Source of the DNA: Capsulimonadales bacterium
Lineage (GTDB): Bacteria; Armatimonadota; Armatimonadia; Armatimonadales; Armatimonadaceae
Direction: 5' to 3'
Assembly (NCBI GenBank): GCA_033762295.1
Contig: JANRLW010000047.1
Location: 1-25,952, forward strand
DNA: 25,952 bases
Shown: one piece after another, positions 9,726 to 17,624 of the stretch
Numbering within the stretch: the first letter of the stretch is position 1
Layout: each line of letters begins with the position of its first letter
Notes under the pieces: generated by a model
What the model saw: only the letters and a program-made list of their open reading frames with translations
The model's database searches: none
What the model was told of the DNA's origin: nothing
Translations under genes and position numbers: made by a program

Positions 9726-11032
9726 GGCACCCATCCGGCGGTCGATGCGGTCGATGCGGAGGTGGAGGCGTCGGCGACGCCGCCGGTTTGCAGCAGGCGG
9801 CGCAGGGTGATCACGGCGGCCAGGCAGTCGGCATAGGACAGGTAGAGCGGAACCGGGGCGAGTCGCAGGATATCGGGCGGGCGGAAGTCGGGAACGACCC
9901 CGTTCTCTCGTAATCGGCGGGAGAGCGATTTCGCCTCCGGGTGTGTCAGTGCGAGGTGTCCGCCGTGCGGCAAATCGTCCGGCAGGGCGAATGAAATGTC
10001 GAAGGGCGTCAGCAGGGATCGGGCGCAGCGACGAAGGAAGTCGACCAGACGGAGCGATTTCTCCCGTATCGCGTCGAGGCCGACCTCCTCATGGATTCGC
10101 AGCGCGCCGAGAAGCGGGGCCATGGCGAGGATGGGCGGGGTTCCGATCTGGAGGGCTCCCGCGCCGACGGCGGGAACGAACGTCGGTGACATATCGAATT
10201 GCCGCGCCTTATCGGAACCGAACCACCCGGCCAACCCGGGGCGTTTATCGAAGTGGCGTCGGTTCAGGTACAGTCCGCCGACCGCGCCGGGACCGGCGTT
10301 CAAATATTTGTAATGGCACCAGAACGCGCCGTCCGCTCCGATCGCGTCCAGCGCATGCGGAACGATCCCGAGACTGTGGGACAGATCCCAGAGCAAAAGA
10401 ATCTCTCGTTCCCGTGCCGCCGCCGTGAGGCGTTCCATATCGAGCAGTTGACCGCTCGTATAGATCACGGAAGGCAGGACGGCCAGTCGAACCGGGGGCG
10501 TCAGGGCATCGAGAAGATCGTCGAGTCGCAGTGTGCGTCCGTCCCGGGAGGGAACGAAACGTAAGTGGGTTTCGGGCGGGAGACCACGCAGGCGCAGGTG
10601 GCTTTCCAGGGCATAGGTATCGGAGGGAAAGGCGAGGGCATCGATCAGCAGGGCGTGGCGGCCGCCCTCCGGGTGGTACAGAGTGGCGAGAAGCTGGTGG
10701 AGATTGACGGTCGTGCTGCCGGTCACGATGACGGAGGTCGGTTCCGCGCCGATCAGAGGGGCGACTCGCGCCCCGAGCTCCTCCGCCAGGAAGAACCAGG
10801 GGGGTGTCGCTTCGGTCCAACCTTCGACCCCGTGAACGCGCCATGCGTCGAGCACGCGCGAAACCTCCGTCTCGGCGTCGCGGGAGAGCGGCCCGAGGGA
10901 GTTGCCGTCGAAGTAAAGACGGCCCGGAGGCAGGTAAAAGCGGTCGCGCAGGTAGCGCAAGGGGTCTGCGCCATCCCGTTGGCGGGCTTCCTCTTTGAGA
11001 TCGGCGATATCGGGCGCATCGTCGTCGGACAC
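9722..11032 (-). CDS. kynU: Kynureninase (PLP-dependent)
   Basis: YFDGNSLG, TVNLH, FPSD, WDLSHSLG, WCHYKYLNAGPG (PLP Lys), GWFG, DFRPPDILRLAPVPLY. Confidence 0.96.
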   Translation of the reverse strand: MSDDDAPDIADLKEEARQRDGADPLRYLRDRFYLPPGRLYFDGNSLGPLSRDAETEVSRVLDAWRVHGVEGWTEATPPWFFLAEELGARVAPLIGAEPTSVIVTGSTTVNLHQLLATLYHPEGGRHALLIDALAFPSDTYALESHLRLRGLPPETHLRFVPSRDGRTLRLDDLLDALTPPVRLAVLPSVIYTSGQLLDMERLTAAAREREILLLWDLSHSLGIVPHALDAIGADGAFWCHYKYLNAGPGAVGGLYLNRRHFDKRPGLAGWFGSDKARQFDMSPTFVPAVGAGALQIGTPPILAMAPLLGALRIHEEVGLDAIREKSLRLVDFLRRCARSLLTPFDISFALPDDLPHGGHLALTHPEAKSLSRRLRENGVVPDFRPPDILRLAPVPLYLSYADCLAAVITLRRLLQTGGVADASTSASTASTAGWVP

Positions 11033-11198
11033 CTCCTGAGTATACCGAAAAAACGAACGATTATCGTCAGGCCGGATATGCCGATTATGCCGGATCGTTC
11101 ATGATCGGCAAACCAAGGAAATCGAGGAACGAGAAAACGGTATCCGTGCGGTCCGAGCGACGGCAGGAACGAACGGGAGCGATGCGGAAAGGTCCCGC

Positions 11199-12662
11199 AT
11201 GTTAACCCTGCCCCGTGAACTCCATGTCCTTCCGCATGAGGGACTCTCTCCCGCCGAACAATCGCTGGCGCTGACGCTGCAGGGATTACGAAATGCGAAA
11301 GGCCCGACCGTCCTGTTGCGCACCGGTCCGGGAAGCTTCGGGCGTATCCTCGAAGCCGAACTGCGGCGCAAAGGCGTCCGTTTCATCGAGGCGGCCACCG
11401 TCTGGGAACTGCTCGGACGGTTCCGCGAATCCGTTGCCGGAGGCGTTCGCTTTCGTCTGGGAACCCCGTCGGTCAATGTGGCGACCACACTCTGCGGACC
11501 GCTGACGGCCGTGGCGGTCGAGGATTCGCTGGTCGAACGCTTCGAGAGGGAAGGGTTCCGGATCGTTCGCGATGTCCGCGATTGGGACGATCGACGCGCC
11601 CTGAAGGAGTTCGGTAACCGCCGGACGCAGGGGATGGCGGTCGAGCAGGTGATCGATAAGCCCGGTCATCTGCGCGATTTCGCCGTGGCCCATCATGCCT
11701 TTACCTTCGCGGCCGGGAAGGACCACGCCTTCCGGCAGGAAGTGGCAAGGACGTGCGGGCCGAACGCGCTCGTCTACGGCTGGGGACCCGATGAGTTCGA
11801 ATGGGTCCGCGACCTGAGCCGGGCGAACGCGACCGGAGTGCCTGCCGACTGGGCGCTGAACCTGTCGCTGTACGAGAAACTGCCCGCGCCCCCGCTGCGT
11901 CGACCCGGGCGTCCCGCCCTGCCCGACGAGGACAACGTTCACTATCTCGCCTTCGTCCTCAGCGACGGGGACAATATCCAGTGGCTGACCGGCGGGTTCG
12001 TCGACGACACGAAGTACTGGGCCGGTTCGCTGCGCGGGACATTCCCGATGACCTGGGAGGTCGCTCCGATCCTGGCGACCGTCGCCCCGCAGGTACTCGC
12101 CCACCTGTACGCCACCGCGCGGCCCACCGACGGCTTCGTCACCGGCGCGGGACTGCTCGGGTATACCTATCCCCACTTCCAGCCCGATCGCGTCGCTCTG
12201 GCGCGACAGGCGGAACCCTTCCTGACGAAAGCCGATCTGCCGTTCATCAGCGTGCTGAACGCCAATGAAGGAAATCCGGAGGACGTCGCCGCCCTCCTGG
12301 CATTGAAAAATGTCGATGGCTGCCTGTACAAGGACTATGCGCCCTACCATCGCCAAAAGGGACGGATCACCTGGCTGCACGGCAAACCCTGCATCGCCTA
12401 TCGCGGACTGCTCTGGGATGGGTTGATGTCGCCCGAGGAGGCTGCCAGGATGGTGAGCGAACTGCCCCGTCGCCCGATGCGGGACCCCGACAGCTACACG
12501 GTCATCAATGTACATGCCTGGTCCTACGGCAGCAGCGGCGGTCCGCTCGACGCGGTGCGAAGGACGATCGAACGGCTGCCGCCGGAGGTTCGGATCGTCA
12601 CCGCCGATCAAATCCTGACCGCTCTGCGCCGCCGTTTCGGGGGCAGACCGCGCGTCTCCTGA
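11199..12662 (+). CDS. GxGYxYP-family putative glycoside hydrolase
   Basis: TLQGL, YGWG..E, NLS, FVLSDGDNIQW, GLLGYTYP (family motif variant), VINVHAWS. Confidence 0.85.
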   Translation: MLTLPRELHVLPHEGLSPAEQSLALTLQGLRNAKGPTVLLRTGPGSFGRILEAELRRKGVRFIEAATVWELLGRFRESVAGGVRFRLGTPSVNVATTLCGPLTAVAVEDSLVERFEREGFRIVRDVRDWDDRRALKEFGNRRTQGMAVEQVIDKPGHLRDFAVAHHAFTFAAGKDHAFRQEVARTCGPNALVYGWGPDEFEWVRDLSRANATGVPADWALNLSLYEKLPAPPLRRPGRPALPDEDNVHYLAFVLSDGDNIQWLTGGFVDDTKYWAGSLRGTFPMTWEVAPILATVAPQVLAHLYATARPTDGFVTGAGLLGYTYPHFQPDRVALARQAEPFLTKADLPFISVLNANEGNPEDVAALLALKNVDGCLYKDYAPYHRQKGRITWLHGKPCIAYRGLLWDGLMSPEEAARMVSELPRRPMRDPDSYTVINVHAWSYGSSGGPLDAVRRTIERLPPEVRIVTADQILTALRRRFGGRPRVS

Positions 12663-12732
12663 AACGTTCGAATGAACCTTTCCGCAGGAGAGACGATGAA
12701 GGAAACGAAGATCGCTGATCGGAGGATTCCGA

Positions 12733-13974
12733 ATGAAAATCGTTTTCCTGGTCCTGAGCTGGCTGATCGCGGGAGCCGGCGCGCCGGGGAGGCTGCACCA
12801 AATGCCCGACGGAACCCATATTCCCGCCCTGACCGCCGAGCAGTGGCGCGAAGACCTGCATTACCTTGCCGCGGAGTTGCCTCGCCGGCATCGTGACCCG
12901 TTCCACCATACGTCGAAGGCGGCGTTCGAGGCGGCCGTGACGGAACTGGACGCGCGCATTCCGACGAGCCAACCGTGGGAGATCGTCGTCGGACTGCAGC
13001 AGCTGGCGGCGATGCCCGGAGATGGCCATACCTTTGTCGCGACGTGGGGCGTCTACCAGCACTTTCCGCTGGAGGTATTCCGCTACGCCGACGGTTGGCG
13101 CGTCGTCCGGGCGGCCGCCGCGTACCGGGACGTCCTCGGGCTGCGCCTGCGCGGGATCGGTGGAAAAAGTATGCCGGAGGTCGAGCGTCGGCTGCGCGCA
13201 CTGGTTCCGCAGGGGGAGAATCGCTGGTTCGTCTGGCAGAATATGGCGGGCAACCTCACCCGTGCCGAACCTCTGGCGGCGCGGGGCGTCCTGCCGGCGG
13301 TCGGCCCTGCCGCTTTCGAGTTCGAGGGGGAGGATGGTTCCCGTTTTGTCCGAACGATCGCGCCGCTGCCGCCGGGGACGCTGACGGACCGGGTAGACGC
13401 CTATCCGACAGCGCTGTTCCGCCAGCGTCCGGAGGAGGCGCTTCCATTCATGCTGCTGGCGGACGGAAAGACGGTGTATGCCAACTTCCGGAGCTATGAC
13501 GACCACGAACGTCAGGCGCGGCGTCTTCTCGCCTTTCTGAACGAAACCGGGGCGCGTCGCCTGATCCTGGACCTGCGCGGGAACGGCGGCGGGAACTATA
13601 CGTTGCCTCGAAAGCACCTGATCGCTCCTTTGCAGTTCCATCCGACACTGAACCGGGCCGGACGGCTGTATGTCCTGATCGGCCGGGGAACCTTTTCGGC
13701 GGCCATGACCAATGCGACCGATTTCCGACGGGAAACCGAAGCGATCCTGGTCGGCGAACCGACCGGCGCACGACCCAACGGCTATCAGGAACTGTACTCT
13801 TTCAGTCTGCCGCATTCCCGACTGACCGTGTGCTGCGCCATCCTCCGCTATCGTTTTCAGGAAGGGAAGGCGGACGCCGTCCACCCGGATTGGCGTATCG
13901 AACCGAACGCCCGCGCCTTGCGCGAGGGGGACGATCCGGTGATCAGGCGTATCCTTTCCGAACCGATCCCGTGA
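12733..13974 (+). CDS. Secreted S41-like peptidase domain protein
   Basis: Signal peptide; QWREDL, GDGHT, LILDLRGNGGGN, LIGRGTFSAA, LVGEPTG. Confidence 0.85.
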   Translation: MKIVFLVLSWLIAGAGAPGRLHQMPDGTHIPALTAEQWREDLHYLAAELPRRHRDPFHHTSKAAFEAAVTELDARIPTSQPWEIVVGLQQLAAMPGDGHTFVATWGVYQHFPLEVFRYADGWRVVRAAAAYRDVLGLRLRGIGGKSMPEVERRLRALVPQGENRWFVWQNMAGNLTRAEPLAARGVLPAVGPAAFEFEGEDGSRFVRTIAPLPPGTLTDRVDAYPTALFRQRPEEALPFMLLADGKTVYANFRSYDDHERQARRLLAFLNETGARRLILDLRGNGGGNYTLPRKHLIAPLQFHPTLNRAGRLYVLIGRGTFSAAMTNATDFRRETEAILVGEPTGARPNGYQELYSFSLPHSRLTVCCAILRYRFQEGKADAVHPDWRIEPNARALREGDDPVIRRILSEPIP

Positions 13975-14145
13975 ACGCGGGTGAACACGGGCAACGCCGT
14001 TTCCGAATTTCCTGACAAACCGCGCGATACCGCACTGCATCCTATGGGGGAATCCGTCAGGGTTCATTTTGAGGATGGGTGCCGTCTTGCGCTTCGCCGA
14101 ACAGGTGAATCGAGGAGATGGATAAAGAAATAGGCGAGGTTTTCC

Positions 14146-14448
14146 ATGTATTTACATCGGCGATGGGGAGTAGGGATTGTAGCCGGTCTGCTATTGACCG
14201 GTGTCGCGTTGAGTGGCTGCACCAATACGGCCGAGGACGGAACCGGCGCGGGGGGTACCACGACCGGCGCGGGGGGCACGACGGGAATGGGTGGAACGAC
14301 CACCGGGGCAGGGGGCACGACCACGGGTGCGGGCAGCACCACGACCGGCGCGGGTGGAACGACCACCGGCGCAGGGGGAACGATGAGCAATACGACCGGC
14401 GGAACGACCGGCGCGGGTGCGCCGCCGGGACCGGCGACCCGCCCGTAG
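14146..14448 (+). CDS. Small Gly/Thr-rich repeat lipoprotein
   Basis: Signal with lipobox LSG-C; mature part almost entirely TTTGAGG repeats; GAGG upstream. Confidence 0.8.
   Translation: MYLHRRWGVGIVAGLLLTGVALSGCTNTAEDGTGAGGTTTGAGGTTGMGGTTTGAGGTTTGAGSTTTGAGGTTTGAGGTMSNTTGGTTGAGAPPGPATRP
14242..14420 (+). repeat. Imperfect ~21-bp coding tandem repeat (TTTGAGG peptide unit)
   Basis: Repeated ACGACCGGCGCGGG-like units with synonymous variation. Confidence 0.85.
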
Positions 14449-14545
14449 TCGCCGTCGATCCGGACGTGTCCGCGGGACGGATTTTTGTTCGTTCCCCGGG
14501 CAGGAAACCGAGGAGGGGACCGCCAACCTGACGGTACTCCTCCTC

Positions 14546-15709
14546 ATGATACACGCACTGAGTTTCGGAACCGGCGTCTTTCTGCGCGGGTTCTTCTGTG
14601 ACTTTGCCGACCGAGCCGGTATATCGGTGACGATGTGTTCGTCCACTCCTGAAGGCGACCGTCGGGCGGCGCGAATGAACGCCGTCGGCGGGCGATACTA
14701 TCTCGCCTATCGCGGACGGGATACCGACGGAACGGTCGTCGATGAGGGGCGGATCGTCAACGCCGTCGGTCGGGTGATCCCTTCCGATGACTGGCCGCGG
14801 ACGCTGGCCCTGTCGCACGATCCGAATATCTCCCTGGTGGTCTCCAATGTGAGCGAGGCCGGATTCCGCCTGTCCGAAGACCCGGCGGACGACCGCCCGG
14901 AACGTCCCCGATCCTTCCCCGCACGACTGGTCCGCTGGCTGGACGAGCGTCGGAGAACCCTCGGACCGGATGCCTCGGTGACGATCCTCCCCTGCGAACT
15001 GTTCGAGGAGAACGGAAGTCGGCTCCGCGCGATGCTGGAGACGGTGGCGCGGGACTGGGGGCTTCCCACGGCGTTTTTCACCTACCTGGCGGAGGCGGTG
15101 GCGATTCCGGACACGCTGGTCGATCGGATCGTGATGGGGGAACCGTCGGCGGAGGAGCGGGAAGCGGTGTGGGCGGCGCGGCTCGGCGCGGATGCCTATC
15201 TGCCCATCATTGTCGGCGAGCCGTTCGCGCTCTGGGCGATTGAGGGAGATGCCGCGCTGAAGAACCGGATGGCATCGCTGGTCGCCGCTTCCGGGGGTAA
15301 GGTGATCGTGACCCCGGACATCTCCGCGTTCGTGCGTCGGAAGGTGCGTATACTGAACGGCCTGCACACGGCGATGGCGATTATCGCGCCCAGGGAGTAC
15401 GGACTGGCGACCGTTCGCGAGGCCGTGGAGCATCCGGAACTCGGGCCGAGGCTGCGGAAGGCGTTGTTCGAAGAGATTTTGCCGGCGGTCGTGCCGCCAC
15501 TCGATGAGGCGGACGCCCGCGCATATGCCGGGGCGACCTGGGCGCGTTTCGGCAATCCGTTCCTGGAACATAAATTCAGCGATATCAACAAGGGCGCGGA
15601 CATGAAATGGCCGGTCCGGGTCGCCCCGACCATCGACGACTATCGCGAACGTTTCGGGGTCGATCCTCCATTCCTGTCGTACTGCCGCGACCTGCGACCA
15701 TCGAACTAA
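14546..15709 (+). CDS. Mannitol dehydrogenase family, altronate/tagaturonate oxidoreductase (UxaB)-like
   Basis: FGTGVFLRG, VSNVSEAG, SFPARL, PCELFEENG, TLVDRIV, EPFALWAIE, RKVRILNGLHT, RFGNPFLEH. ATG at 14546. Confidence 0.85.
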   Translation: MIHALSFGTGVFLRGFFCDFADRAGISVTMCSSTPEGDRRAARMNAVGGRYYLAYRGRDTDGTVVDEGRIVNAVGRVIPSDDWPRTLALSHDPNISLVVSNVSEAGFRLSEDPADDRPERPRSFPARLVRWLDERRRTLGPDASVTILPCELFEENGSRLRAMLETVARDWGLPTAFFTYLAEAVAIPDTLVDRIVMGEPSAEEREAVWAARLGADAYLPIIVGEPFALWAIEGDAALKNRMASLVAASGGKVIVTPDISAFVRRKVRILNGLHTAMAIIAPREYGLATVREAVEHPELGPRLRKALFEEILPAVVPPLDEADARAYAGATWARFGNPFLEHKFSDINKGADMKWPVRVAPTIDDYRERFGVDPPFLSYCRDLRPSN

Positions 15710-15711
15710 AG

Positions 15712-15753
15712 AAAAAACGAGCGGGGAAGTCAACCATCCCCACTCGTTCGTTT
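15712..15753. terminator. Probable bidirectional intrinsic terminator between convergent genes
   Basis: AACGAGCGGGGA (15716-15727) and TCCCCACTCGTT (15737-15748) stem with an A-run on the left and T-rich tail on the right. Confidence 0.65.
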
Positions 15754-15757
15754 CCCG

Positions 15758-16492
15758 TCAGCGGGACACGATTTTGTTGAAGCGGTCCTTTACCAATTCT
15801 TCGCCGACCGTAATCGTTTTTTTCGGGAGACCCGCCTGACCGGCGATTGTGTAAACGAACGGCCCTCCGGCCGACCCCGACTCCGAATACATTATCCTCT
15901 CCTTATAGGGGACGCGTTCGATCGTTCCGTCGGACCAGAGGACCACTTCGACGCCTTGCGGATCGAATTCCGAGTGTCCGTCTCGAAAGACGACCTGATT
16001 GTCGCGAAGGTAATCCCCACAAACCATCCATACATCGCGTTCGCCCGTTGCCGGAAACGCGGGCCTTGGCTGGCCGTTAGGGCGTGGCGTAACATAGGTG
16101 AAACCGTAATGCAGGTTATTCGCGCCAGGTACGAACCGGTCGCCAAACTCAAAGTCCGGCGTTTTGAAATCGTCTTCCGAGAGTCGGAGGTTCCCAACGA
16201 GTGGTGTTTTGAAATTGAGCAGCTCATCGAGACTCGGAAGGCGACCGTATTTCGCTCGGAAGGCGACCATCGCCATATGGATCTTGCGGAAATCTCTTTC
16301 CGCATTAGCGGGGTCGCCCAGGTTTTTACCTCGTGGATTAACGACGAGACCATTGTCCGGAACTGGTTGGCCCATGAAAATTATGACCGGTCGGGGGAAG
16401 GTAAGGTAACCGACCAGAACACCCAACAGCAAGACAAGGACCGTTAGGACAATAGCCTTTCGGGCGGGCAAACCTTTATTTATCACAGGCAC
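15758..16492 (-). CDS. Membrane-anchored hypothetical protein with pilin/DUF1559-like features
   Basis: N-terminal basic + hydrophobic helix; FRKIHMAMVAFRAKYGRLP helix and VVLWSDG motif resemble pseudopilin/H-X9-DG-type proteins; no prepilin cleavage motif seen. GTG start at 16492 after AAGGA (uncertain). Confidence 0.65.
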   Translation of the reverse strand: MPVINKGLPARKAIVLTVLVLLLGVLVGYLTFPRPVIIFMGQPVPDNGLVVNPRGKNLGDPANAERDFRKIHMAMVAFRAKYGRLPSLDELLNFKTPLVGNLRLSEDDFKTPDFEFGDRFVPGANNLHYGFTYVTPRPNGQPRPAFPATGERDVWMVCGDYLRDNQVVFRDGHSEFDPQGVEVVLWSDGTIERVPYKERIMYSESGSAGGPFVYTIAGQAGLPKKTITVGEELVKDRFNKIVSR

Positions 16493-16637
16493 AGGTCCTT
16501 CTTGACACCACACCGTCGGGAATGCTACTCGGTACGCAGGTTGTCGGATAGGTTTTTTGCTTTTTCAAACGATAACAATGCTTACCGTCATCAGGTACGG
16601 TTTGAAAAACATCGATAGTAACGTCGCAATCCTTCCA

Positions 16638-16859
16638 CTACTGTTTTTTTGCATCAGTGGGACAGCAACAACGGACCGTCTTTTGAATTCCGGAAAAGAC
16701 ATAGCCGGAACCGCACGATGTCTTCCCGGCAGCACACTGATCGGGCGTACCCGTCTCCGCGCCACCCATCGCCGCAAAAGCCATACGACCGACGAATACA
16801 CCCGTCCCAAACACGGAAACGGTAAGTAGAACGACGAAAGTACGTTTGACAAGCATCAT
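16638..16859 (-). CDS. Small secreted Cys-rich protein (73 aa to TAG; frame stays open to TAA at 16476)
   Basis: GAGGA SD before ATGATG at 16859; signal peptide ending AFA; 5 Cys before the TAG, including CCC. Confidence 0.7.
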   Translation of the reverse strand: MMLVKRTFVVLLTVSVFGTGVFVGRMAFAAMGGAETGTPDQCAAGKTSCGSGYVFSGIQKTVRCCCPTDAKKQ

Positions 16860-16871
16860 GGTCCTCCTCAA

Positions 16872-16898
16872 TCGAGTTACTCGAGTTAATCGAGTACT
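16872..16898. repeat. Three 9-bp-period TCGAGT repeats immediately upstream of the Cys-rich gene SD
   Basis: TCGAGTTAC TCGAGTTAA TCGAGTACT. Confidence 0.7.
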
Positions 16899-17624
16899 TA
16901 GAAGTTTATCTTTTGTTAGAAAAGCTTGCAAGGTAGAAATTTCTGCAATAGAGTTCAGGTTTTTGTCGTTTCGCGAAGTGGGGAAAGGCATTTCGCTACC
17001 CCATTCCTGTCGTACTGCCGCGACCTTCGGTAAGCGGGCGAAAGTGTCGTCATTCGAAAACGGGAGTGGTTCGCCGCAATAAAGCGTGGTAAAATGGTCA
17101 GGAGTTTCCGCGTTGTAACAACCGAATAGAACCAACCCTTTACGCGCGCCGGTCTCCGTACCCTTTGTGAACTCTGGTCAGTTCGCAAAGTCGAAGGTCG
17201 GCGCGTTGGAGCGTTTGGGCGAATTCGGTGTCTTCCTGAGCAGGGACCTGAAAATACTTCGGAAAGAGAGGCGATGGCGTTGGCGAATGGTTTGAAAACC
17301 GGAACGCTCGGCGTATCTGCGACCCGGCAGGTGCGCATCCCACCGGCCAGGGCAGTAATGCCCGGCGCCGTGGCGGTCCCGTGTCGCCTTCTTTCGGGTG
17401 ACACTCCGTAGACCGAACGGCGCGGGCCGAAGGGCCTCTCCGGCAAAACATACGTAGGCTCGCGCGAATCGGCATCTTCCTGATCCCTCCCGACGGCATT
17501 GGGGTTCCCCGAAGGCTGATGGCCCGATTCGGCAGGTTAGAAACGAGGGACGGCGGCACCCTCTCTCCCCGCGTTCGAACAACCGGGGGATAGGTCCGTC
17601 CGATCCGGAGGCAAGACAGTAATC

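Noticed and set aside
11055..11100. Short inverted and direct repeats (GAACGAT...ATCGTTC, TATGCCG x2) in the kynU/GxGYxYP divergent spacer
   Set aside because: Too short to distinguish from chance without comparative data.
16565..17135. Alternative ORF 16565-16852 and the upstream extension of the Cys-rich ORF to 17135
   Set aside because: No SD or protein-like features; the ATG at 16859 has a GAGGA SD and begins a clean signal peptide.
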